A stretch of 32,718 bases of DNA, from positions 1 through 32,718 of IMG/VR virus record IMGVR_UViG_3300024310_000021; one strand, given 5' to 3'. Within the stretch, counting starts at the first letter, position 1. Each line of letters opens with the position of its first letter. Both the position numbers and the translations under genes were made by a program. The notes under the pieces were generated by a model. It saw nothing but the letters and a program-made list of their open reading frames with translations. It did no database searches and had not been told where the DNA came from. The DNA is from a virus. Its lineage: Duplodnaviria > Caudoviricetes. Below, piece after piece: positions 9,340-17,806 of this stretch.

Positions 9340-9938
9340 CGGGCGTAGAACCTCCCCCACACCCACTCGTGCGTGATCTCAAAGCCGGCGCGCTCGAACA
9401 GCCCGTCCACTCCGTCCCAGCCAAGTTCGAGCACGTGCGTGCCGCTGTATCCGCTCCAGTCGGTTGGCCCGTCTTCCAGCGGACTCTCGATCAGGCACTC
9501 CCTCACGCGCAACTGGGCAACTAGACGCGCTAGCTCGATGGCTTTGACGTGCTCGATCACGTGCATCGCCACGAAGGCGTCCGCTTCCACCGGAGCGTCC
9601 CAGAGCGGACGCGTTAGCGCCTGGAGCCGGTAGCGCGGGCTGGCGCACACCTGCGGTACGACGACTAGGTCGTAGTTCGTCCAGAGCTCAATCGGATGAC
9701 GCGCCAGCATCTCCCCGGCCAGTGCGCCGTCCCATCCGCCCAGCTCTGCCACGGTGCAGGGACCGATCTCGTCGAAGAACGTGTGCGCCACCTCAGCGTT
9801 GTGGTGGGACTGGTCGGGGAAGTGCGCCGCGACCGTCTTGTAGAACTCCCGCTGATCGGCGAAGGTCATTGCGTCGTAGTTCTCCCGCCAGCCGTCCCAA
9901 TCCAGTGGCCCATTGTTCTCAGCTACGTAAACGGTCAC
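9336..9938 (-). CDS. Class I SAM methyltransferase (200 aa)
   Basis: 'VAELGGWDG' motif I, 'NYDL', 'DAFVAMHVIEHV'; GTGA start at 9938. Confidence 0.75.
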   Translation of the reverse strand: MTVYVAENNGPLDWDGWRENYDAMTFADQREFYKTVAAHFPDQSHHNAEVAHTFFDEIGPCTVAELGGWDGALAGEMLARHPIELWTNYDLVVVPQVCASPRYRLQALTRPLWDAPVEADAFVAMHVIEHVKAIELARLVAQLRVRECLIESPLEDGPTDWSGYSGTHVLELGWDGVDGLFERAGFEITHEWVWGRFYAR

Positions 9939-10483
9939 GCCGCTACCAGCTCCGGCTTCCACGGCTGGACGATCTCACTGATCAGGTCGAAAGTCTCGGC
10001 GGAGCGCACCGCGGAGAGCAGTGCCGGGAAGCGCTCCTCGATGCCGTTGCCGCAGACGTTCTGGATATGCCCGTGCCAGTGGTCCCCGTCGTCGAGGCAG
10101 TGGACGCGGAGACCCTCCGGGCGCCGGCCGTCGTTGTAGTGCTGATCGGCCAGCCACCAGCCGCCGGCGCTCAGCGCCGAGTAGCAGCCGTCCGAGATTT
10201 GCCAGCCCGGCGCCTTGAAGCCCTTGACGAACTGGTGCGGCCGGTTCTCCATGAGGCGGTACATCTGGTCGTACGACCAACCGACGCACTCGTACGGCGT
10301 GGAGTGCCCCCAGCCGTGGACGGCCAGCTCGCACCAGTCAGGCACGGAGTCCCAGAAGCTTGCAGAGCCGAGCGCGGGGATCGCGAACAGCGTGCAACGG
10401 AAGGCCGGGTTGGCTTCCCGGAGGACGGCCAGTAGATCGAGTCGGTGGTTGCACTCGTGGAAGTCGTCGAAGTCGACGATCAC
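9935..10483 (-). CDS. NodB-like polysaccharide deacetylase (CE4/DUF2334-like, 182 aa)
   Basis: 'VDFDDF', 'TLFAIP', 'ELAVHGWGH' (metal-binding His pair), 'GFKAPGW', 'HGH'. Confidence 0.85.
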   Translation of the reverse strand: MIVDFDDFHECNHRLDLLAVLREANPAFRCTLFAIPALGSASFWDSVPDWCELAVHGWGHSTPYECVGWSYDQMYRLMENRPHQFVKGFKAPGWQISDGCYSALSAGGWWLADQHYNDGRRPEGLRVHCLDDGDHWHGHIQNVCGNGIEERFPALLSAVRSAETFDLISEIVQPWKPELVAA

Positions 10484-11151
10484 AGGGCCGGCCCGCCTTC
10501 CGCCACGCGGCGATCGAAGTATTCAGGGATGTCTCGCCGCTGACCCTCCGTGGTCTTGTAGTGGTTGACGGAGAACTCGCGCACATAGCCGGCGCGTCCT
10601 CCACGCGCCCGGAACCAGGGAACGATCAGCTCGTCTCCCGCCCACGGCGGCTGCGACTCGTCGTAGCGGAAGCCGTCGAGCGAGTAGAGCTCAGCCGGGA
10701 CGGCCATGAAGATGCCGCCCAGGATGGACGTCTCGTCCACCACGTAGTCCCCGACCTGGATCTCCCCGACGTGCGCCGGCGGATTACGGAGTCCCTCGAC
10801 GCGCGGGGCCAGGATCATGTCGTAGTCGAGCGCCAGGCCGGCCACCGTGGACAGCGTCTCCGGCTGGGTCAGCTCGCAGTCGTTGTCCCAGCGTACGATC
10901 ACGTCGTAGTCCCAGGCGTCGAAGACGTCACCGAGGAGGAGGTTCAACGCGCAGCACAGGCCGAGGTTCTTGCCAAGCGCGAGCACGTGCGCGTCCGTCT
11001 GCTCCCCCAACCACATGACCGTGTCGTCCTCCGAGCCTTGGTCAGCCACGTACAGGTCGAAGTCGCAGCCGGCGTACTCACGCAACGTGTCGTAGCAGTG
11101 GATCAGGTACGGGAGCCGGTCCCGCGTGCAGGTGAGCAGCGCAACCCGCAC
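10480..11151 (-). CDS. GT2 glycosyltransferase (223 aa)
   Basis: 'ALLTCTRDR', 'VADQGSEDDT', 'KNLGLCCALN', 'RWDNDC', 'GDE'. Confidence 0.88.
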   Translation of the reverse strand: MRVALLTCTRDRLPYLIHCYDTLREYAGCDFDLYVADQGSEDDTVMWLGEQTDAHVLALGKNLGLCCALNLLLGDVFDAWDYDVIVRWDNDCELTQPETLSTVAGLALDYDMILAPRVEGLRNPPAHVGEIQVGDYVVDETSILGGIFMAVPAELYSLDGFRYDESQPPWAGDELIVPWFRARGGRAGYVREFSVNHYKTTEGQRRDIPEYFDRRVAEGGPAL

Positions 11152-11152
11152 C

Positions 11153-12364
11153 TCACACCTTCACCTTCGCGCGCTTTGCCGCCGCCCTCCGCTGAGCGCG
11201 GTTGCCGCCGAGAGGCGCCACCTCCCGCGGACGGTCGAGCGCCTCCAACGTCGGGATCCAGTGTTCCCGCAGCACGTCCTCAACGTCGTACTGCAGCGCG
11301 AACTCCCGCGCCTGGTCCCGGAGCCCGGCCGCGCCGTCGTAGGCCGCCACCATAGCGTCGTACACCTCCGCCAGGAACGGATACTTGAAGAACGCGCCCT
11401 GCCCCGGGTCGTACCACGGGTCGCCGGCGCAGGTCCAGCCCGCTCCGCACAGCTCCGGCATCGACGTCCAGTCGGTGACGATCACCGGAGTCCCGCAGGC
11501 CTGCGCCTCGACGATCGGGATGCCGAAGCCCTCCCCGTAGGACGGATTAGCCAAGACGTCGAAGGCGCCGTAGACGCACGGCATCACGTCCTGGGGCATG
11601 CCCAGCGTCAGCTTGGCTTGATCGGTCACGCCGATAGCCTCGTCGGGGATCCCGCAGACGCGCGCCATCGCCGCCAGGTTGATGCCCTGGTTCGACCCGC
11701 GCATGTCGCAGTGGAGGTAGAGGAAGGCGTCCGAGTGCTTCTCCCGCAGTGCGGCGAACGCCTGGAAGACCTGAGGGAACGCCTTGCGCGGCGGGTTCGT
11801 CCCCTGGTTGTTAGCTACCATGCCGACGACGAAGGCGTCTCGCGGGATCTTCAGCGCGTCCCGGAGCTCAGCGCGGTCTTCCCACGGCTGGAAGAGATCG
11901 CAGTCGATCCCGTGCGGGACGTACAGCGCCTCTAGGCCGGCGTCCTGCAACTCCTCCTGGCCGAACTTGCTCATCGCGACGGCGCGGGCGCCGGAGCGCT
12001 GGAAGAACTGGACGACCGCCGGCGGCGCGGGCTTGTGGTCGATCGGGACCCACGAAGCGACCCGGAGACCCTCGACCGCCTGCGGGCCGAGCGGCCAGAC
12101 GTCCATCAGCGTCAGGACGAGGCAGTCGCGGTCGGTGCCGCCCCAATCTTGGACGTAGTGGCGGAGCGCGCGCCGGGCGAACTTGGTCTCGTCGCTCGGG
12201 TAGACGATCATCCCGTTCCAGGAGATCATCCCGCCCTCTAGGCCGAAGAACGCGGAGAGGGCCACGTCGTGGCCCAGGTCGCGGATCCTCGGAGTGAACA
12301 GCGCCGTCTGCTGGCCGTACCCCGTCGGCGCCCACGGCGCGTTGCTATGCCAAAGGATTCGAAT
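11153..12364 (-). CDS. GT4 (GT-B) glycosyltransferase, probable ATT start (403 aa)
   Basis: 'YVPHGID', 'VGMVANN...RKAF', 'DVLANPSYGEGFGIPIVEAQACGTPVI' (EX7E). The N-terminal 'RILWHSNAPWAPTGYGQQT' lies upstream of the first canonical start (12265); SD GGGAGGAG sits 6 nt before ATT at 12364. Confidence 0.9.
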   Translation of the reverse strand: MRILWHSNAPWAPTGYGQQTALFTPRIRDLGHDVALSAFFGLEGGMISWNGMIVYPSDETKFARRALRHYVQDWGGTDRDCLVLTLMDVWPLGPQAVEGLRVASWVPIDHKPAPPAVVQFFQRSGARAVAMSKFGQEELQDAGLEALYVPHGIDCDLFQPWEDRAELRDALKIPRDAFVVGMVANNQGTNPPRKAFPQVFQAFAALREKHSDAFLYLHCDMRGSNQGINLAAMARVCGIPDEAIGVTDQAKLTLGMPQDVMPCVYGAFDVLANPSYGEGFGIPIVEAQACGTPVIVTDWTSMPELCGAGWTCAGDPWYDPGQGAFFKYPFLAEVYDAMVAAYDGAAGLRDQAREFALQYDVEDVLREHWIPTLEALDRPREVAPLGGNRAQRRAAAKRAKVKV

Positions 12365-12384
12365 GCTGGTCTCCTCCCTAGGAG

Positions 12385-12618
12385 TTACTTCTTGGTGGCG
12401 GACGCCTTCGCGGTCGGGTCGTCTTGCACGCGCACGCTTTCCTTCGCCGGGGACGCCTTCGACGGCGCCGGGAAGTCGGGTACGACGTCGGCGAACATGT
12501 CCAGCCGGCCGGAGAGCATCGGCGAACCCTCCTCTACGATCTGGCCGGCCTGGACGGTCATCGGCACGCCGTCGATCTCGGTGTGGAAACTCTCCTTGGC
12601 CTGATACAGCTTGGTCAT
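12385..12618 (-). CDS. Small post-capsid protein (77 aa)
   Basis: SD GGAGGAGAGG; small domain 'YQAKESF...TVQAGQIVEEG...F' followed by a low-complexity Lys/Ala tail, typical of genes directly after HK97-type capsids. Confidence 0.75.
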   Translation of the reverse strand: MTKLYQAKESFHTEIDGVPMTVQAGQIVEEGSPMLSGRLDMFADVVPDFPAPSKASPAKESVRVQDDPTAKASATKK

Positions 12619-12643
12619 GCGCGTTCCTCTCCTCCGGCTTTGC

Positions 12644-12688
12644 TTAGGGCGGACTCCGGGGGACCAGCGGCCCCAGAGCCCGCCCTAA
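12644..12688 (-). terminator. 18-bp stem-loop downstream of the capsid gene (terminator/attenuator or mRNA stabiliser)
   Basis: Minus strand TTAGGGCGGGCTCTGGGG-ccgctggtc-CCCCGGAGTCCGCCCTAA. Both imperfect pairs are G-U wobbles on the sense strand; there is no U-tract. Confidence 0.7.
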
Positions 12689-12703
12689 CTGGTCAGACGC
12701 TAC

Positions 12704-15700
12704 CTACGTGACCTTGAGCGTCACCAGCGCCTTGTTCGTGAGCACCTTCGACGTGTTGCGCCAGTAGGCGTACAGCGCCCGCTGCCCGGTCGGGAAGCGG
12801 TTCGAGCCGCCGAAGAGGTGGGGGATCAACTCGACGTCGAGTCCGACGCGATCGACGATCAGGAACTGCGTGAAGTCCCCGAAGGTGAAGATCGAGGCGC
12901 CGGACGTCAGCGCGTTGGTCATGTTGCTGTACTCGTAGTTCGGGTAGCCCAGGAGGCTCCGGGGCATGCCCTCACCGAGCTGCACCCAGAGGTCCGAGCC
13001 GCCCGCCGTGTCGAACTGGCGGACGCGGTTGAACTGCTTCTTGTTGCCGAGGATGACCGCCCGCGGCCGGTAGCGCGGAGGCAGCGCCTCCTCCAGGCCG
13101 TAGAGGTCGCCCCTGGCCAACGTGGTGGCCGCCGCCGTGGTGACGACGACCGTGCCGCCGACCAGGAAGCCCTCGGGGACGTTCGACGCGTGACCGACGC
13201 CGGTGAGGAACTTGTCGGCCTCGACCGTGTCCTTGGCGTCCTGGAACAGGCGCGCCATCTCGGACTGCATCTGCCCGTAGTCCTGCCCGATCTCGATGGA
13301 GAACGGGATGAGGGCCTGCGCCTTCTCGACGTTCGCGACCGGCTGTGCGAACACCGGGTTGGCGTCCGTGGTCTCCGTGGCCTCCGCCGTGTACGCGGCC
13401 GTGATGCCCGCCGACGTGAGACCCTGCCACGTGTTGCCCGTGATCGTCTCGACGCGCGAGACCTGGCGGAGCGGGTTCACCACTCCGTTGCTGGTCAGGA
13501 TCAGCGTCGGGTCGAGCGTCACCGGGACCGCGAAGCCGCCGGCCGTTGTGGTCAGCGACATCGCGCGCTGCTCGTCCGGCGTGAGCTCCTTGCCGGTGAT
13601 CTTCTTGCCGAACGCCCGCTTGTACGTGGGGCTGCACGTGGCGATGATCCGGCGGCTGATCACGCCCTCCTCGCCCTCACTGTTCTTGCCGTCCCGGTTG
13701 GCCAGCAGCCACTCGAGCCGCTCCTGGCTGGACGAGCGGTCAGCGTCCGGGTGCGCAAAGGACTCCGCCTCGACGATCCGGCGGGCGCCCTCGCGGTAGC
13801 CCTCGTACAGCGTGTCGACGCCGTCGGCCATGGCGCGGTAGCCGCCCAGGTCGAAGGGGTCGTCCGGAACGCGCCGTCGCTGGCGAACGATCTGGACGTC
13901 GCGCGCGTAGCCGTCACCGTTGCCGGTCCGGTCGTACGGCTCGCCTTCGCCTTCCGTCCTGCGTACCGACTCGGCGATCTGCCGCGTCCGCATCGCGTGG
14001 TTCTCGACGGCCCGCTCGTGCATCCGCAGTTCCTCACTCAAGCCGTCCCACTCCTCCTGCGCCTCGGCGTCGAGGGCGTCGCCCCCGGCCGCTTCGTGGA
14101 GGTCCGTCCGGCGGGACAGAATCTCACTGATCCTGGCCCGTCGCTCCTCTACAAGCATCTCCGTAGCTCCCTGCTGGTCTTCGTCGTGGTCACCGTCGCT
14201 TGGAGTGGTGGCCTCGGGAGGCTCCGGCTCCGGGGGAGTGGTGGCGTCGGAACGCTCCGGCTCCTCTTCAGTGGACACCCTAAGGGCCAGCGGGGGCACC
14301 TCACTTGTGGCGCTGCGCTCCCGCTCCTCTCTGTTCCACTTGATCGACCTGGACAACTGCGCGTTGGTCATCACCGCCGGCGTGACCGTGTCGATACACG
14401 CCTCCTCGAAGTAGGTGGCGAGCAGCGCGTCCCGGTCCTCCGGATCGTCCTCCGAGCGCGTGGTATCCGCCACGGCCTTCTCCATCCGGGCGAGCGCCTG
14501 ATCGAAGGTCGACACGCGGTCGGCCATTCCCTGGGTGACTGCCTTAGCCGCCATCACCATCCGGCCTTCGCCGAAGCCGGCTCGCACGTCCTCGACCGGA
14601 ACGCCGCGCCCCTTGGCCACCGCCTTCACGAACATCTCGTAGAAGGCGTCCACCTGGCTCTGCATATGAGCCTGCGCCTCCTCCGACAGCGGCTGGACCG
14701 GGTTGGCCTCCGCCTTGTACTTGCCCGCCTTTACGATGGTGGTCTTGATCCCCTTCTGCTCCATCTGAGCCGAGAGGTCCTGGTGGGCGGCGTACACGCC
14801 GATCGACCCGACCTTGCCCGACGGGTTGACGCTGATCTCGTCCGCCGCGGAAGCGAGGTAGTAGCCGGCGGAGGCCGCCCAGCCATCCGCGTGCGCCCAG
14901 ATCGGCTTCTTGCCGCGCGCCGCCAGGATCTCAGCGTTGAGCTCCGGCACGCCCTCGACGGATCCGCCGGGCGTGTCGAAGCGGAGCAGGATGCCCTTCA
15001 CGTCGGCGGACTCAACCGCGGCGCGGAACTCCGCCCGCAGCCCGTCGATGCCCACCAGAGGACCCGAGCTGGTCTCCTGTACCGCCGCGCCGTGCGGAAC
15101 GATCGGCGCCATCACGTTGATGACGCGCACCGGACCGTCCGGTGGGTGGCCGTCCGCCGGAACGTCGGCGCGCGTCCCGATGCGCTCCGCAATCTCGGCC
15201 GGGGAGGGTCGGCCGCCGGCGCGGCGTTCCTCGAGGATCCCGATGATGGTCTGGAGCGCGGCCGGGTGGATTGCCCACGGCGTCTCCGTCACGTATTCCC
15301 AGGCGCGCTTGTACTGCCGCTCCTCCGTCTCCACTCGCGTGGGCACTTCGGCTAAGGAGACCGAAACGATGTCGTTGAGCGTGTAGCTGCCGAAGCCGGC
15401 GGCCGCCGTGTTCCCTTCGGCACCGTTGCCGAAGCCGTCCACCCGCACGCCGAAGGCCGCGGCTTTTGCGGGATCGTGACGGAGGCGCTCGACGAACACG
15501 TCGTCAGTCAGGGAGCGCACGCCGGCGGTCGCCTTGTCCTGCACCGGCATCGGAGTCGGGCCGAACTCCTTGACCCGCATCTCCAGCACGGTACGCTCCG
15601 GCAGTCCTTGGGGGTTGTGCTCCGACGCTGGCGGGCGCTGGACGAAGTGATCGTTGATGATCGAGAAGCGGTAGCTGACGCCGTACTCGCCCGCGCGGAG

Positions 15701-16093
15701 CCCCGCCAGGAGGAGCGGGGGGATGCCGTCGAACAGGTCGACCTCGTAGTACGGCCCAACGTCGTCCTCACGCAGCTCCCGGATCGTGCCCAGCAGCTGC
15801 TTGCCCAGCGTCGGATCCATGCCGTGATGGAACATGACCTTCATCGCGGAGCGGTTCTCGGCGATGGTCTTCAGCGTGGCGCCGGGAGCGACGCGCTCGA
15901 GGAAGTGACCCTCGTAGACCGAGTCGACTTCCGCCCACTCGTCGAAGACCGCGAAGTGCCCGAACAGCACGGGCAGCGGATTCTCAGCGTCCGCTCCGCG
16001 CACCTCCGCGCCCTCCGCCAGGTAGACCGCGCGGTAGAGGTCGTCGCGCGGCGGGCGTCCGTCCGTCTGGATCTCTCGTTCTGCGATTGCCAT
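12704..16093 (-). CDS. Polyprotein: HK97-type prohead protease + S49/SppA-type peptidase + HK97-fold major capsid protein (1129 aa)
   Basis: N-terminus 'GHFAVFDE...FLERVAPGA...MFHHG...LREDDVG...GVSYRF...KEFGPTPMP'; middle 'LLRFDTPGGSV...AASAGYYLASAADEI...VGSIGV...AGKYK'; C-terminus coiled coil then 'RAMSLTTTAGGFAVP...AEATE...FLTGVG...LLGYP...FGDF...IVDRVG'. Confidence 0.92.
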   Translation of the reverse strand: MAIAEREIQTDGRPPRDDLYRAVYLAEGAEVRGADAENPLPVLFGHFAVFDEWAEVDSVYEGHFLERVAPGATLKTIAENRSAMKVMFHHGMDPTLGKQLLGTIRELREDDVGPYYEVDLFDGIPPLLLAGLRAGEYGVSYRFSIINDHFVQRPPASEHNPQGLPERTVLEMRVKEFGPTPMPVQDKATAGVRSLTDDVFVERLRHDPAKAAAFGVRVDGFGNGAEGNTAAAGFGSYTLNDIVSVSLAEVPTRVETEERQYKRAWEYVTETPWAIHPAALQTIIGILEERRAGGRPSPAEIAERIGTRADVPADGHPPDGPVRVINVMAPIVPHGAAVQETSSGPLVGIDGLRAEFRAAVESADVKGILLRFDTPGGSVEGVPELNAEILAARGKKPIWAHADGWAASAGYYLASAADEISVNPSGKVGSIGVYAAHQDLSAQMEQKGIKTTIVKAGKYKAEANPVQPLSEEAQAHMQSQVDAFYEMFVKAVAKGRGVPVEDVRAGFGEGRMVMAAKAVTQGMADRVSTFDQALARMEKAVADTTRSEDDPEDRDALLATYFEEACIDTVTPAVMTNAQLSRSIKWNREERERSATSEVPPLALRVSTEEEPERSDATTPPEPEPPEATTPSDGDHDEDQQGATEMLVEERRARISEILSRRTDLHEAAGGDALDAEAQEEWDGLSEELRMHERAVENHAMRTRQIAESVRRTEGEGEPYDRTGNGDGYARDVQIVRQRRRVPDDPFDLGGYRAMADGVDTLYEGYREGARRIVEAESFAHPDADRSSSQERLEWLLANRDGKNSEGEEGVISRRIIATCSPTYKRAFGKKITGKELTPDEQRAMSLTTTAGGFAVPVTLDPTLILTSNGVVNPLRQVSRVETITGNTWQGLTSAGITAAYTAEATETTDANPVFAQPVANVEKAQALIPFSIEIGQDYGQMQSEMARLFQDAKDTVEADKFLTGVGHASNVPEGFLVGGTVVVTTAAATTLARGDLYGLEEALPPRYRPRAVILGNKKQFNRVRQFDTAGGSDLWVQLGEGMPRSLLGYPNYEYSNMTNALTSGASIFTFGDFTQFLIVDRVGLDVELIPHLFGGSNRFPTGQRALYAYWRNTSKVLTNKALVTLKVT

Positions 16094-16097
16094 CAGA

Positions 16098-17537
16098 TCA
16101 GTCCTCCTGTCGAGCCGCCGTTACGAGTGCGAGGAGCTGGTCTGCTTGTCGCGATCGGGTGCGCGCCGGCGCCTTGTTGCCGTTCTGGTTCTGGTTCTGC
16201 GGCGGCGGCGCCGGGTTCGGGTTTGCCACCATCGTCCCGGGCGGGTGAAGCTGGACGGAGTACATGCCGGTGTGCTTCAGCCGGCCGAGGTCGCGGTTCA
16301 GGACCGCGGCCACTACCGACTCCGGCGTGAACCCTCCGTCGACGAGCGCCCGCACGGTAGCGGCGTTCTCGGTGAGAATCTGGGCGGCGGTAGCGACGTC
16401 GTCCTGGAGGAACGGGATGTCGCGGTCGTCGTACCAAAGAACCGAGCCACCGGGAGCGGGGATGATCGTACCCAGCGCGCCGGCGGCGAATCCCCACAGC
16501 GGACGGAGCGTGCCGTCGGCGAAGCGGCGGAGCGCCTGGTTGTAGTTCGAGTACGTGGCGGCGGTCAAGCCCTCACTGAAGCCAGCGATGATCGGAGGGA
16601 CGCCGGCGGCCGCCGCGATCCTGGTCTCCCCCGCGCCCTGGGTCGCCTTGAAGTCGATCTGACGCAGGTCGGCGCCGACCACCTTGGCGTCCGCTCCTCC
16701 GCCCAGCACCAGCGTCTTGTAGGCGTTCTCCAGCCCCTCGTTCTTCTCCTTGACCGCCTTCGCGATCTTCTCCACCTGCTCTGACTTGGCGCGCACGTCG
16801 GCAACGACCACTAGGTTGGGCGTCGCGCCGTGCTCGAAGAACTTGAGCTTGTGGGCGGTGGCGGCCTTGTCCGCCATCACCTCGGCGACTACCGGCTGGA
16901 GCCAAGACATCCCCCGCCAGAAGGCCGTGGGATCCGGGATGGGCGCGTAGTGCGCCACCTCCTCCACGGTGAAGATTTGCGGTTCGTTGCCCGAGTAGTA
17001 GCCGCCGGGCACGTAGGCGTAGCCGATCACCTCACTGTCGATGTCCCCTTCCAGCGCGTCGACCGGGTCAGCGGTGGTGCCGGAGATGATGTAGGTCCAG
17101 TCCGGACGCATCCGCTTGACGTAGTGGTGCCCCGGGCCCGGCCGGAGGCAGCCGAACCAGTTGCCGGCCAGAGATACGTCCTGCTCCATGCGCGCCAATA
17201 GGTTGCGCGTGGTGGCGTTAGGCCACGGGTTCTCGAGTGGCAGCAGGTCGTTGTTGCCGAAGAGGTCCTCGCCGGGGCGCTTGAACTGGAAGCTGGCTTC
17301 GGAGAACAGCAGCAGCCGCACCAGGATGCACGCGAAGACCGCTCCGTCCCGCTTGTACGCGGTCTCGACCGCGCTGCGGAACTGCGGCGCGATCACCTCC
17401 TGGTTGTCGACCGGGAGAGACGTGGACAGACCCAGCTCGTACATCGAGCCGTTGTAGGTCATCATCTCGACCGCTTCGTTGATGCCGATGATGCGGTCGG
17501 GCTCGGCCCGCACCATGGAGCGGAACAGGCTGGTCAC
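16098..17537 (-). CDS. Phage portal protein, HK97-like (479 aa)
   Basis: 'AVFACI...LLENPWPN...LAGNWF...MRPD...EVAHY...GMSWLQ...FFEHGATP...KTLVLGGG...IAAAAGVPP...TYSN'; position between terminase and head genes. Confidence 0.93.
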   Translation of the reverse strand: MTSLFRSMVRAEPDRIIGINEAVEMMTYNGSMYELGLSTSLPVDNQEVIAPQFRSAVETAYKRDGAVFACILVRLLLFSEASFQFKRPGEDLFGNNDLLPLENPWPNATTRNLLARMEQDVSLAGNWFGCLRPGPGHHYVKRMRPDWTYIISGTTADPVDALEGDIDSEVIGYAYVPGGYYSGNEPQIFTVEEVAHYAPIPDPTAFWRGMSWLQPVVAEVMADKAATAHKLKFFEHGATPNLVVVADVRAKSEQVEKIAKAVKEKNEGLENAYKTLVLGGGADAKVVGADLRQIDFKATQGAGETRIAAAAGVPPIIAGFSEGLTAATYSNYNQALRRFADGTLRPLWGFAAGALGTIIPAPGGSVLWYDDRDIPFLQDDVATAAQILTENAATVRALVDGGFTPESVVAAVLNRDLGRLKHTGMYSVQLHPPGTMVANPNPAPPPQNQNQNGNKAPARTRSRQADQLLALVTAARQED

Positions 17538-17806
17538 GGCCGGCGCTCGACGTCGACTATGAAGAGGCCGATGCCGAGCAGCACCGCGCCGATCGCCAGT
17601 GGGCGGAGAGGCGCGTAGATTTGGGCCAAGGCGTCGGTCAAGAAGTACGATCCCGCGAGGGTGACTCCAGCCGCGAACAATAGGCGGCGACGCGGACGGG
17701 TCCAGCCCGCGGCGCGGAGCTCAAGCGCGCGGACTCTCGTCGAGAAGGATGCCCGCGCAGCCCTCAGCCTAAGCCAGCGCGGGCGCCGATACGTTACCGG
17801 ACTCAC
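17534..17806 (-). CDS. Small two-TM membrane protein between terminase and portal (90 aa)
   Basis: GTGA-coupled on both sides; hydrophobic LLFAAGVTLAGSYFL and LAIGAVLLGIGLFIV. Confidence 0.7.
   Translation of the reverse strand: MSPVTYRRPRWLRLRAARASFSTRVRALELRAAGWTRPRRRLLFAAGVTLAGSYFLTDALAQIYAPLRPLAIGAVLLGIGLFIVDVERRP

Noticed and set aside
5544-12364. Cassette as a host LPS/EPS locus or GtrABC seroconversion module
   Set aside because: No flippase, polymerase, polyprenol-linked membrane GT or sugar-nucleotide enzymes; it is co-oriented and contiguous with phage head genes.
12818-15355. 845-aa plus-strand ORF, and similar long plus-strand ORFs at 3374..4501, 5562..6551, 10360..11355 and 24316..25623
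   Set aside because: Antisense shadows of well-supported minus-strand genes; high GC3 suppresses stops and the products have no motifs.
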